Shown here piece by piece: positions 42,458 through 55,904 of a stretch of DNA of 64,000 bases. The position numbers were made by a program, and so were the translations under genes. Position 1 is the first letter of the stretch; every line of letters starts with the position of its first letter. Source of the DNA: the human T2T-CHM13v2.0 reference genome, Homo sapiens; the NCBI RefSeq assembly GCF_009914755.1, contig NC_060926.1; one strand, 5' to 3'. The notes below the pieces were generated by a model, which was not told the DNA's origin, did not search any database, and worked only from the letters and a program-made list of their open reading frames with translations.

Positions 42458-43398
42458 ATTTTTTTTTTTAACCTTTAATTTTACATTCAGTAATACATGT
42501 GCAGATTTGTTATATAGGTACAGTGCATGCAACAGAATTGATAGACAAATTATTCCATCGCCCAGAAAATCATCATAGTACCCTATAGGTAGTTTTTGGA
42601 TGCTCTCCCTCCTCCCACCCTCCACTTTCAGATAGGCTCTGGTGTCTGCTGCTCCCTTTTTGTGCCCATATGTACTCAATATTTATCGCCCACTGAAAAA
42701 TAGAACATGTGATATTTGGTTTTATGTTCCTGTATTAGTAGTTTTCTTAGGGTAATGTCCTCCAGCTTCAACCATGTTGCTGTGAAGGACATTATCTCGT
42801 TCCTTTTTACGGTTGTATAGTATTCCATGGTGTATATTTACTATATTTTCATTATCCAGACCACCGCTGTTGGGTATTTATGTGGCTTCCATGTCTTTGT
42901 TATTGTGAATAGTGCTGTGATGAATATACATGTGCATGTGTCTTTATGGTACAACAATTATATTCCTTTGGGTATATACCTAATAATTGGATTATTGAGT
43001 CAAATGGCAATTCTGTTTTAAGTTCTTTGAGAAACCACCAAACTGCTTTCCACAATGGCTGAAATAATTTACATTCCCAACAGCAGTGTATGTGTTCCTT
43101 TTCTCCACAACCTCATCAGCATCTGTTATTTTTTGACTTTTTAGTAATAGCCGTTCAGACTGGGATGAGACGGTATCTCATTGTGATTTTGATTTTCATT
43201 TCTCTAATGATTAGTGATGTTGAGCATTTTTTCATATTCTTGTTCAAAACTCAAATCTAATTCCAAATTGTTTCTCTCTTAAATTAGAGATTTCTTATTT
43301 ATTCTATGAGTCGGTGGTCTTACTATTCACATGGTCACCTAAAAGAGGCCACGTATGTGTCCTCTTTTGAAAAGTGTTTGTTTGTGTCCTTTGTCCTT
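42458..43398 (-). mobile_element. L1PA16-like 3' fragment carrying a 98-bp templated insertion
   Basis: atacatgtgcagatttgttatataggta...catagtaccctataggtagttttt; L1 resumes after the insertion at ggccacgtatgtgtcctcttttgaaaagtg. Confidence 0.88.
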
Positions 43399-43399
43399 T

Positions 43400-43920
43400 T
43401 CAGTGCAATAGCTGAATCATAGAGTGTGTACATGTTTAACTTTGCTAAAAAGCATCAAAATATTTCTAAAAGGGTTTCACCAACTTTTACTCCTAAGAGT
43501 AAATAAGATATTTTAATTGGCTAACTATTCATGGCGATATTTAATTTTATCATTTTTTTTGTCAATCTGGTGTATGTGAAATACTATATTATTTTGGATT
43601 TATTTTTGTATTTCCTTACATGCTAATTACATGTGAATCCTTTCATATATTTATCTGCCATTCATCTTTTCTCTTCTGTAATTGCATGCTCACATTTTCC
43701 CCCTAGTTTTTCCCTTTTGAGTCATTAAGCTTTTGTTGTTGTTGATAATTTTATATATACCATATATTAAATGCTTATTTACTGAATGTGCCTCAGATAT
43801 CTTTTCCCAGAGTGTCACCTGTCTTTTCACTTTCATTATGGTCTCCCTGAATAAAAAAAAAATCTTAAATTTAATATTATTGAATTTATTTTGCATTATG
43901 TTCTGTGTGTTTTAGAGATC
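43400..43920 (-). mobile_element. Ancient L1ME fragment (continuation)
   Basis: atagctgaatcatagagtgtgtacatgtttaacttt...gatatcttttcccagagtgtcacctgtcttttcacttt. Confidence 0.6.
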
Positions 43921-44059
43921 TGGTCATTTCACTGTTTAAACATAGATTAAAACTATAATGCCATGGTAAGGCACTAACTGTCACATTAATTACAGTTTTT
44001 TACTTCCTCTGTAAATGAAACTCTTTGCAAATTTGTTATCTTTGTTTATTTCTTTTTTA

Positions 44060-45655
44060 TAAACGTGTGACTGCCTTTGCTTCAGTGACAACTTCTTGGT
44101 TTTCCTTTGTCTTCTAAGTGAGATAGTATTCTACCGCACACCATTTAAAAGTTATTTTGGTCCATTGTCTGTCTTTACTCTATTGTTCTCACTCTCTAGA
44201 TTATTTCTCAGGTAACTTCTCACACTCTCATGATTTCACTTACTACCTCTCAACAAGCCATCTCCTGCGGGTCCTTGGACTCATATATCGAACTTCAGCT
44301 AGACATGTACACTTAGATATCACACAGAAAACTCAAATCTAATTCCAAATTGTTTCTTTCTTAAATTAGAGCTTTCTTATTTATTCTATGAGTTGGTGGT
44401 CTTACTATTCACATGGTCACCTAAACTAACAACTTAAGTGCCATCCTTACTACCTTCTTTTCCATACTGCAACATCTTATTTACTGAGCCCTATTTTTCT
44501 TCTTTAAGCATTCCTCAACTCTACCTTTTTCTTTTTATGCACATTGTCAAACTTCTTGTTCCTCCTCACCTCATGTAGAAGTAATTAATGTTTTTTGACA
44601 GACCTTGTAATTCTGAAACTGACCTTAAGCACAACTACCAGTGAACCATCCAAAATGAAAGGTATTAGAGTTTTATGACATCAATAAACACTATCTTTTT
44701 TCTTCCCTCCCTGAACAAATCAATTAGAGATCAAAATGTTACATTTATTATAGAAAAGCAGACAGTAGAAAGTGTCTTCAAATCTAGAGTAAGAGACAGG
44801 TCAACACTCCGTTAAATTTGACAGACAGCTGCAATCAGTCAGGAGCACAGCTGATCAATCAGGTCTCCCGCATAGTGTCATAGGTTGCCACTCTAAGCCA
44901 TCCACTCAGTGAAGGAGCAGACCAGAAGGCACTCTCAGAAGGAAGGCATACCCAAGAGATAGCCTATAAGAGGGTGATCATTTTCCTTCTAACTCCTCAA
45001 TTAGATAATTCCATTTATACTCAGTGGGAAGCAGGGAGTAGGAGGTGGGGAAAGAGGCAGGGGATGTTTATTTAAGGGAAATCCTAGATCAAAGGAAATC
45101 ACTTATCCTATAATAAAATCTCCCAAACATTTTAATTGCCATCCATCTCTTACAGGCTATTATCTAAGCTTCTCAACATGGCATAATAGAGAACATCTTT
45201 TTTCCTTTACCCACATCCTCTATCCTCCACCATCTTGCCATATTCTCCCTTGCACTTCTATATCTAGCAGCACTTACTTGTTCATTGTTTCCAATATTAC
45301 TTGTTCTGTGTCTTGATTTTATACTTTGGGGCATCTTAACTCTCTCTCCTAGAGTGTTTCTGAGTTTATCATCAGATATCAGTTATCTATTTCACTCCTA
45401 TGTATTCTTTAAGTATAAGCTTGAGCTTCATTTTTTGTTTCAGAGAACCTTTTGTATCTTCCATTCCAACTGCTTTAACTGACACTCCCTTTTGCGTCTA
45501 TAATACTGTGTTCCATTTTCTATGATAAAAAAGTTTTTGTGTTATAGTGATCTATTTATGTGTGTCTCCAACACTAGGATGTGAGCTTTTCAGTGTGGAT
45601 ATCCTCAGACACTAAACACATTGCATGGATTCAAAATGTTTGATAAGTGAATCTT
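44060..45655 (+). mobile_element. Fragmented L2
   Basis: cacactctcatgatttcacttactacctct...cttagatatc...aaactcaaat; 3' end gtctccaacactaggatgtgagc...tttgataagtgaat. Confidence 0.55.
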
Positions 45656-46436
45656 ACTTTCCCTTAAACTTTTGACCTGCTTGTCTAATCTTAGTTATGT
45701 TTTCCCCTTGGATTTGACAACATGTTTGGCTTCTTAGCTTTGATTTCTTTCATTTTTTTAGACATGAGTTCATTCTTAACCTTTCTTGGTCTCAGCCAAC
45801 TCCCACTAGATCAACCTTGTCCTTCAGGGCCCCATCAGAAGTCCACCTGCATTTAGCCTGCATTGCACAGATGAGATATGAAACCTTTTTTTTGTCTTCC
45901 CTTGTCTCATCTCCTCCAGAGATTTCAGCTTAGAACTCTATATAGGATATAAAAAATGAAAACTGTCTTCAAATTTCTGTGCTAAGGGGGAAAAAAGGCA
46001 TATATTTTTCAGCAAACATTTATTAAATGTTACAGTCAATGTTCTTTTTATTTTTTACAGTGTAATCATGTGATCATGACAGCCTAGCAACAGAAAACTG
46101 AATGTAGGGAGCCAAATTTAGAATTATAATCAAATAAAAATTTTCAAAATTAATCTGGCACATAGTTATATTACACACAACAGTTATGCATATGAAAATA
46201 TGATACTAATAGTAAATAGTTATCACAAATAACTGTCAGCAATATTACTTCCTCATAGTGAAGACAATTATTAGTATTTCTCTTTGTTCATTCTCTGGTA
46301 TCTAGAAGCAGCAGCAAATGTTTATAGCTTTCCCTGATAGCAGGTGTAGTTTAATCCTCATCCCTTACACATACTTATGCTGAGTTTTACTGAAATCTTG
46401 GATCTACTTAATTTTCTTCTAAATACCTAGGATTCT

Positions 46437-47451
46437 TTTACATTTTTTATTATACTTTAAGTTCTGGGATACATGTGCAGAACGTGCAGGTTTGTTACAT
46501 AGGTATACATGTGCTATGATGGTTTGCTGCACCTATCAACCCATCATCTAGGTTTTAAGCCCTGCATGCATTAGGTGTTTGTCTTAATGCTATCCCTCCG
46601 CTTGCCCACCACCCCCTGACAGGTCCTGGTGTGTGATGTTCCCCTCCCTGTGTCCATGTTTTCTCATTGTTCAACTCCAACTTATGAGTGAGAACATCTG
46701 GTGTTTGGTTTTCTGTTCCTGTGTTAGTTTGCTGAGAATGACGGTTTCCAGCTTCATCCATGTCCCCGCAAAGGACATGAACTCATTCTTTTTTATGGCT
46801 GCATAGTATTCCATGGTATATATTTGCCACATTTTCTTTATCCAGTCTATCATTTATGAGCATTTAAGTTGGTTCCAAGTCTTTGCTATTGCAAATAGTG
46901 CTGCAATAAACATACTTGTGCATGTGTCTTTTTAGTAGAATGATTTATAACCCTTTGGGTATATACCCAGCAATGGGATTGCTGGGTCAAATGGTATTTC
47001 TGGTTCTAGATCCTTGAGGAATCACCACTCTGTCTTCCACAATGGATGAACTAATTTACACTCCCACCAGCAGTGTAAAAGCATTCCTATTCCTCCACAT
47101 CCTCTCCAGCATCTGTTGTTTCCTGACCTTTAACAGTTTGAAGTCAGGTATCATAATGCCTCCAGCTTTGCTCTTTTTGCTTGGGATTGTCTTGGCTATA
47201 CTGGCTCTTTTTTGGTTCCATATGAAATTTAAGGTAGTTTTTTTCTAATTCTGTGAAGAAAGTCTATGGCAGCTTGATGGGAATAGTATTGAATCTATAA
47301 ATTACTTTGGACAGTGTGGCCATTTTCATATTAATTCTCCCTATCCATGAGCATGGAATGTTTTTCCATTTGTTTGTGTCCTCTCTTATTTCCTTGAGCA
47401 GTGGTTTGTAGTTCTCCTTGAAGAGGTCCTTCACGTACATTGTAAGTTGGA
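46437..47451 (-). mobile_element. 5'-truncated, internally deleted L1PA8-like element
   Basis: ttattatactttaagttctgggatacatgtgcagaacgtgcagg 3' end; jump at ~47133; TSD ttctaaataccta(g/t)gattct (46417-46436, 47452-47471). Confidence 0.92.
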
Positions 47452-50400
47452 TTCTAAATACCTATGATTCTATGCTTCTAATGCTAATCATGACCTTCCT
47501 ACATGATAATTCTGTAGTGGAATTGGTAACTTCTCATTTGCTGTTCAGGTCCCTCAGTACAAGAGCCTATGGATAGCTAATACACCAGATGGCCAACTAG
47601 GCAACATCAGATGAGAGTGAGAAAAACCTCTTTAGCTCATAGCGGTGCACAAGGTGATTGTGTCAATTAAGATTCATTGATAGCATCACATACTAACTTC
47701 ATTCAAGGCTCAGTGTCTATGAACTTACTCACATCTGGGAATTCGGTGAGTGTTGTAACCAAAGTAGTTTTAGATGAGTAAATTCAGTAAAACCTTTATG
47801 AATTGTTTGTACTCTTCTTTAGTACTCTGTGATATGTTAACTACAGTTAGAGAGCTCAGATCAATTTACTTCCTAGAATACGATTATGTCATCATATCTG
47901 TTTAACTGTATTTAAACACCACAGTTAAAACTTGTCATCAGCTATGACTATAATGCTGATAAGATCCATATTTCTTCTAGGAGTTAGTTGCTTCTATATC
48001 CACTTCACAATCTTAAAATTTCCGGTTTTACTGAGAAGAGGTATCCAGTTTTAACTATAAACATTCTTACCAACATTTTCGATCAGCAGAAAACATATAT
48101 AAATTGTTTTAAAAAATATTTTATTGTTTTTCACATCAATGTATTCCTGATGATAAGGAAATTAAGTCATCTGAACACTGTCAAATAATATAGTGAAGGA
48201 GAACATAGGAAAACAGGAAGTATTTAAATACTTTTTCAAATATTTAAACATCTTTCCCTACATTATGTCAGTTTTTCTTTGGCCTTACAAGTCATTTATG
48301 TTGGTTAGCCATAAACTAAGGTTTCATTAACCAATCTAATTAACTGTTGAAAATGAAGACAAATGCCTCAACAACCTTATTTAATGCAGGATTTCCTATA
48401 AGTGCACATATAACAATAAATTGAGTCTAATCCAAGTTAAGATCTTACTTTCTTGAGTAAGCATTCACTAAATTGATCCTCCATTATTTTTGAACAATAT
48501 AAGTTAGTGAATTACTATATTTCTTTCTGGACTTAACTTTGATTCTGCTTTTTACTCTGTAGACAATTTTGAATGTAAATTCTTATCTCCGAGTGAACAG
48601 TAATGAAAGGAGGGTCACGACTCTTTCAAACAAGGCAGCTCTTTTAAAAAGCATTTCAAAAGTCCTCTGGGTCCTCTAAGAAACACTGATTACAATTATT
48701 AGGTTATAACTTTATTTAAAAAGTCAGGATCTTAACTTTCATATAAGAGATCTGACAATGTTGTACATTCAACTGGAGTTGTAATTTATTAACCCACAAA
48801 GTGACTCTGTGACCTTGGTTTTCAGGAGTGTCAGCCTGAAGTTTTAAGGGACCAGAAATTATTACAGCAATGTCATATACTTTCTCAGATTCAGTTCCTG
48901 GCTTAAGACAAGAAGTTGGAGGTTAAAGTTTGTTTCCTCCTGCCCTATTATCTAATGGTATTATAGAAACAACCATCTTGTTTTGTTTTGTTTTTGTTTT
49001 TTAATTTCTCATTTCCTTTAAATTGTTGGAATGGGAATACCTATCTGATCTCTGCCAAATTCATCCCTAATGATGACCTTTTCTTAGGTTCATACAAGTC
49101 AGAACAATTCATCATGGACAATCATTTTGCCATTCTCAGTATATAAACAGGATTTTATTTACATTTCACCTATTTTTAGATTCTAATCTATAGAGAATAT
49201 CTCATGTTGTTTCTGGGGATTCATTGACTGTAATCATTTGTTTAGTACCAATTTTTAAGTCAGACATAATTCTTCAGTTGAAAGCAGTTGATATAGGTTC
49301 TTACTAAGTTTTAGGGGAAAATGGGGACAGATATTAGAAAAATATTGGGGTATTTCAAATAAATGAAAGCAAAGTTGACTATGAAAATATTGGTAAGAAT
49401 TTGGACAAGGACATTTCTGAGGATATTGATTTCAGAATTGATAGGTTGTTGTTCTAAGGACTCTTATCAGACTATCAGATGATTCAACTTGATTGACTAT
49501 CTATTTCCACAATGACTTAAAGTAGGTCCTTTATTCATCACTTAATAGGTAAAATTGTATATGAAGGAAGGACTGAAAAGAATAGCCTCTACAGTGAAAA
49601 ATAAAATAATATGAATAAAGTTTACATTTTAGCATCTGGAACTAATGACCCAGAACAGAGCGAGATAAATAAAAAATATTTCTAGGTATATTCAGTCTTA
49701 ATGAATAGACCATTATCCAAGTTGAAGCATCTAACAAGTGGTTTAAAAATTGGATATTAGAGCATATCAGAAATGGAGGTAAATATTTGGAAATTATTTT
49801 ATACACATGATTTTTAAAAATTTGCTTAAGTTCCTTGTAGATGCTAGATATCAGAACTTTGTCAGATGCATAGTTTGCAAAAATCTTCTTCCATTCTGTA
49901 GGTTGTCTGTTTTTTTCTGTTGATAGTTTATTTTACTCTTCAGAAGCTCCTTAGTTTAATTAGATATAATTTGTCAATTTTGCGTTTGTTGCGATTGCTT
50001 TTGGCATCTTTGTCATTAATTATTTGCCTGTTCTTATGTCCAGAATGGTATTGCCTAGGTTGTCTTTCAGGCTTTTTGTAGTTAGGGGTTTTACATTCAA
50101 TTTGTTAATGGACCTTAAGTTGATTTTTGTATATAATGTAAGGAATGGGTCCAGTTTTAATCTGTATATGGCTAGCCAGTTATCCCAGCACCATTTATTA
50201 AATAGGGAGTCCTTTTCCCATTGCTTATTTTTGTTAGCCTTGTTGAAGATCAGACAGTTCTAGGTGTGTGGCCTTATTTTGGGGCCCTCTATTCTGTTCC
50301 ATTGGTCTATGTGTCTGTTTTTGTACCAGGATCATGCTATTTTGGTTACTGTAACCCTGCAGTATAGTTTGAAGTGAGGTAGCGTGATGTCTCCAGCTTT

Positions 50401-50444
50401 GTTTTTTTTTTTTGTTTGTTTGCTTGTTTGTTTTTGTTTTGTTT

Positions 50445-50480
<36 letters not shown>

Positions 50481-50491
50481 AGTGTGTGTGT
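50401..50491. repeat. (TTTG)n/(TG)n compound microsatellite in L1
   Basis: Directly visible. Confidence 0.9.
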
Positions 50492-53149
50492 AGGATTGCC
50501 TTGTCTATTCAGGCTCTTTTTTGTTTCCATATACATTTTAAAACAGCTTTTTCCAGTTCTAGTTATTTCACCACCTTAGCTCTATTCCTAATTATTTTAT
50601 TCTTTTTGTGGAAACTGAATGGGATTGTGTTCCTGATTTTGTTCTTGGCTTGACTGCAGTGGGTGTATAGGAATGCTAGAGATTTTTCTACATTGGTTTT
50701 GTGTCCTGAGATTTTGCTGAAGTTGTTTATCAGCCTACAGAGCTGTTGTGCCTAGACTATGGGGTTTTCTAGATATAGAATCTAGAAATAGAAACTAGAA
50801 TATAGAATCTGGAAATGCTGTCTGCAAATAGTGATAGTTTGACTTCCTCTTTTCCTATTTGAATGTCTTTATATCTTTTTCTTGCCTGATTGCTAGTTTA
50901 TTGAGAGATTTTAATATGAAGGATGTTGAATTTTACTGAAAGCCTTTTCTGCATCTACTGAGATAAACATGCGGTTTTTGTCTTTAGTTCTATACATGTG
51001 ATGAATCACATTTATTGATTTCAGTATGTTGAGCCAACCTTGCATCCCAGGGATAAAACCTACTTGATTGTGGAGAATAGGCTTTCTGATGTGCTGCTGG
51101 ATTCAGTTTGCCACTATTTTGTTGAGGATATTTGAATCCATGTTCATCAAGGATATTGGCTTGAAGTTTTTTTTTTTTGTATCTCTGCCAGGTTTTGGTG
51201 TCAGGATGATGCTGACCTCATGGAATGAGTTAGAGAGAAGTTCCTCTTCCTCAATTTTTTGGAATAGTTTTGGTAGGAATGGTACCAGCTCCTCTTTGTA
51301 CATCTGGTAGAATTTGGCTGTGAATCCATTTGGTCCTGGCCTTTTTTAGTTGGTAGGTTATTCATTACTGATTTAATTTCAGAGCTTATTATGATCTGTT
51401 CAGGGATTCAATTTCTTCCTGATGGGGTCTTGGGAGGGTGTATGCATTCAGGAATTTATCAATTTCTTTTGAATTTTCTAGTTTATGTGCAAACAGCTGT
51501 TCATAATACTTTCTGTAGGCTATATGTATTTCTGTGGGGTCAGTGATAATATCCCCTTTGTCATTTTTAATTGTGTTTCTTTGAATCTTCTCTCTTTTCT
51601 TCTTTATTTGTCTAGCTAGTGGTCTATTTTATTGAATATTTCAAAAAACCAACTCCTGGATTCATTGATCTGAATGGTTTTTTGTGTCTAAATCTCCTTC
51701 AGTTGACCTATGATTTTGGTTATTTTTTGTCTTTTGCTAGCTTTGGGGTTGGTTTGCTCTTGGTTCTCTAGTTCTTTTAGTTGTGATGTTAGACTGTTAA
51801 ATGGACATCTTTCTAACTTTTTGATGTGGGCAGTTGGAGCTATAAATTGCCCTCCTAACACTGCTTTAGCTTTGTCCCAGAGATTCTGGAATGTTGTATC
51901 TTTGTTCTCATTAGTTTTAAAGAACTTCTTAATTTCTGCCTTAATTTCATTATTTACCCAAAAGTCATTCAGAGGCAGGTTATTTAATTTCCCTGCAATT
52001 GTATGGTTTTGAGTGATTTCATTAGTCTTGATTTCTAATTTGTTTTGTGCTGTGGTCTGAGAGAGTCTTTGGTATAATATCAGTTCTTTTGTGTTTGCTG
52101 AGGATTGTTTTGTGTCCAATTGTGTGGTCAATTTTAGAGTCTGTGCCCTGTGGCAATGAGAATATTATATACTCTATTATTCTTCGCTGGAAACTTCTGT
52201 CGATGACTATCAGGCCCATTTGATTCAGTGCTGAATTTGGGTCCTGAATATCTTTGTAAATTTTCTACCTTGATGATCTGTCTATTACTGTCATAATACT
52301 ATTATGGTGTGGGAGTCTAAGTCTCTTTGAAGGTCTTTAAAAACTTGCTTCATTAATCTGGATGCTCCTGTGTTGTGTGCATATATATTTAGATAGCTAG
52401 GTCTTCTTGTTGAATTTAACCCTTTACATCATTATGTAATATCTTTCTTTGTCTGTTTTGGTCTTTGTTGGTTTAAAGTCTATTTTGTCTGAAATTATGA
52501 TTATAATCTCTGATTTTTTCTGTTTTCCATTTGTTTGGTAGATTTTTCTCCATCCCTTTATTTTGACCCTGTGGGTGTCATTGCCTGTGAGATGGATCTC
52601 TTAAAGACCACATACGATTAGATCTTGGTTCTTTGTCCAAGTTGCCACTCTATGTCTTTAAATTGGTGCATTTAGCCCACTTACATTCAAAGATAGGATA
52701 TATGTGGATTTGATCCTGTCATCATGATGTTGGCTGTATATTCTGCAGACTTGTTTGGTTCTATACACATTTTAAAACAGCTTTTTCCAGTTCTAGTTAT
52801 TTCACCACCCTAGTTAGCTCTATTCCTAATTATTTTATTTAATTAATTAGGAATTAAATTAATTCCTAATTTAATTAGGAATTAAATTAGGAATTTAATT
52901 TAATGTGTGACTGCTTTATAGTGTTCCTGGTCTGAGTACTTCAATGCATTTTTGTAGTTACTGATAACAGTCATTTCCATATTTAGTGCTTCCTTCAGAA
53001 GCTCTTGGAAGACAGGTCTCATGGTAACAGATTTCCTCAGCAATTGCTTGTCTGAAAAGGATCTTATTTCTCCTTTGTTTATGAAGCTTACTTTGGTCAG
53101 ATATGAAATTTTTGGTTGGAATGTCTTTTCTTTAAGGATGTTGAATATT

Positions 53150-53440
53150 GGCCAGGTGCAGTGTCTCATGCCTATAATTCCAGCACTTTGGGAGGCTGAG
53201 GTGGGCAGATCACTTGAGCTCAGAGGTTTAAGACCAGCTCGGACAACAAAGCAAACCTATTCTCTACCAAAAATACAATAAATTAGCCCTGTGTGGTGGC
53301 ATGTGCCTGTGGTCCCAGCTACTTAGGAGGATAAGGTGGGAGAATCACTTGAGCCTGTGAGGTGGAGGTTGCAGTGAGCCGGGATTGTACCACTGTATTC
53401 CAGCCTAGGGAACAGAATGAGACCCCATCTCAAAAAAAAA
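53150..53440 (+). mobile_element. AluJ
   Basis: Full diverged dimer (cacttgagctc, gtggtcccagctac, tgagaccccatctc); TSD atgttgaatatt (53138-53149, 53441-53452). Confidence 0.93.
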
Positions 53441-54929
53441 ATGTTGAATATTGGCCCCCGATCTTTTTTGGCTTGCAGTATTTCTGCTGAGAAGTCTGTC
53501 ATTAGTCTGACTGGCTTCATTATGTAGGTGACCTGACCTTTCTCTCCAGCTTTCTTCAACATTTTTTCTTTCATTTTAACCTGGAAGAATCTGATGATTA
53601 TGTGTCTTAGGGATGATATTCTTGTGAAGTATGTTAGTGGGGTTCTCTGCATTTCCTAAATTTGAATGTTGGCCTCTGTAGCTAGGCTGGGGAAGTTTTC
53701 ATGGATGATATCCTGAAATACGTTTTCTAAGTTGCTTCCATTCTCCCCATCTCCTTCAGGGACACCAATGAGTCATAGATGGGGTCTCTTTACATAATCC
53801 CATAGTTATCTAGTTACCAGGGGTTTTGTTTGTTCATTTTCATTCTTTATTCTCTATTCTTGTGTGATTGTCTTATTTCAGAAAGCCAGTCTTCAGGCAC
53901 TGAGATTTTTCCTCAGCTTGGTCTTTTCTGCTGTTAATACTTTTTATTGCATTATGCAGTTCCTGTAGTGTGTTTTCCACTTCTATCAGGTTGGTTGCAC
54001 TTTTTTCTCTACTGGCTATATTGTCTGTCAGCTCCTGTATCATTTTATTGTAATTCTTAGCTTTCTTGGATTGGGTTTCAATGTACTCGTTCATCTTGAT
54101 GATCTTTGTTTGTATCCAATTCTGATTTCTATTTCTGTCATTGCATCCATTTCATCCCAGTTGAGAACCCTTACTGGAGAGCTAGTGCAATTATTTGGAG
54201 GAAGGAAGGCACTCTGGCTTTTTAAATTGTCAGAGTTCTTGCAGTGCATCTTTCTCATCTTTGCAGGCTGCTGGTACTTCAGTCTTTAAAGTTGCTGCCC
54301 TTTGGATGGGTGTTTTTCTTTTATCTTATTTATTTGATGATCTTGAGGGTTTGTGGTATAAGGCAGGTTCAGTCAACTGGCTTCATTTCTGAAAGATTTT
54401 AGGCAGCGAAGGCTCAGCTCACATATCCTGGACTGTGTGCTCTAACTCTGAGGGACTGATATTGGCCCTGACATTTTAGTCTGGCCGCTCTAGTTTTGAA
54501 ACTCATTGTGCTGGGGTGGTTGAGGTGCTCTTGGACTTCTGGTCACAGCACTTCAATAGGTAGCACCAGCCAAAGCGTCTTTTAGGGAGGTGGCAGTGGG
54601 ATCTGTCCTCATTTTCATGTGCCAGTAGCAGCAGCAGCAGCAGCATGGTGGGATGCATGCTCATCAGCTGTAGCAGTTGCTAGCAGGTGCCAAGGTGCCA
54701 GCCTCCACGTAGGCATTCACAGCACTGAAGGAAGCAGCGTGGCTCAGGGTGTGGGGCAGAGGATCCCCACTGGTGACTGTGTTTGCAGTCACGGTGTTGG
54801 TGGTAGTGGGGTGCTGTCAGGTGCAGGATTGTATACATCCTCTTTGTGTGCTCATGTAGGCAGAGGTGGCCCCTAAAGGGCAGAGGAGGGCCAGCTGTTC
54901 TACACGCCTAGTTTCACTCTGGCAGCAGG

Positions 54930-55078
54930 TACCCTGAGAATCCCACTTGCAGCTGGCATCTGAAGTCCAGTCTTATCAGGGATCTTGACCACCAACTTGT
55001 GGGATCTGAAGCTAACTGAAGATAGTGACAAAATCAAATTGAGTTGTACGATACCCTTCTGGTGTTACAGAATTGATT
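54930..55078 (+). mobile_element. MER21-like LTR fragment
   Basis: acttgcagctggcatctgaagt...cttgtgggatctgaagctaact..gatagtgacaaaatcaaattgagttg. Confidence 0.6.
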
Positions 55079-55904
55079 TCCTAACCCATATACCAACTAA
55101 AATGTTTAGATGATATTATGAAGACATTGCAAATAGTTAAGTTCTTCAGCGTGCCTTTATAAGAAATAAGTAGGACCTTTAAATGAAAACTATATAACTC
55201 CCCTAAGCCATTTAAGTAAAGGCTTGAAAAACAATCCCATGAACCTTCCTGAAAGCCTTAACATTGACATATCTCCAAATTAATATGCTCATAGCAATTA
55301 ATATGCTGAAAGCAATTTTGAATTAATATCAGTGAAAATGTTGGTGAATATGACAGAATAATTCCATATTGTTTGAAAGTTAAATACAACTTCGTGTTTG
55401 CTCTCAAGATTCTACCAAGTAGAATATAGAAAAAGATAAAAGCACTGAATTATAATAAAATGTGATTTAGACATAAATAAAGATCTTCAAGGAAAAAGGG
55501 GAGAGATAAACTATCAACTTTTTAAATGATAATACAGAATACTTTACAATAAAATTATTATTTGGCCTATTTTTTTCCAGGGTGAGAATAATTTCTCTAG
55601 AGGAATAAAGCAGAGAGGAAATTCTAAATAGAAAATATATTTGAACAAATAAATGCACACATACAAAAGAATATCTATGTTATATCAGTATATTTTATTC
55701 ACCAATATAATCAGCCCTCCAGAAAATGTAGCTTCCTACACAGATTCTAGCATATAATCCTCACTGCTTACTTGATGTGCCTGTATTCCCAGAGCAGACA
55801 GGTGGCCAGTGTGGAAGAATGGAACTGTACCTATTAATAAAATGGGATTCAAGTAATAATAATGCTGTGCCACAGTATGATTATGAACTTTACATGGACT
55901 AAAA

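Larger units (their letters stand above)
49810..54928 (-). mobile_element. Decayed primate L1 (L1PA15/16-L1P4-like) with 5' region, lacking its 3' end
   Basis: Minus-strand ORF2 remnants ([19 protein letters not shown]; [23 protein letters not shown]), ORF1 remnants 52900-54100, GC-richer 5'UTR 54400-54928. Confidence 0.92.

Noticed and set aside
51688-52131. L1 ORF2-like ORFs here and at 6197-8564, 25255-25491, 38228-38642, 62081-62398
   Set aside because: Fragments of decayed L1s broken by stops and frameshifts; no intact ORF1 or ORF2 in the window
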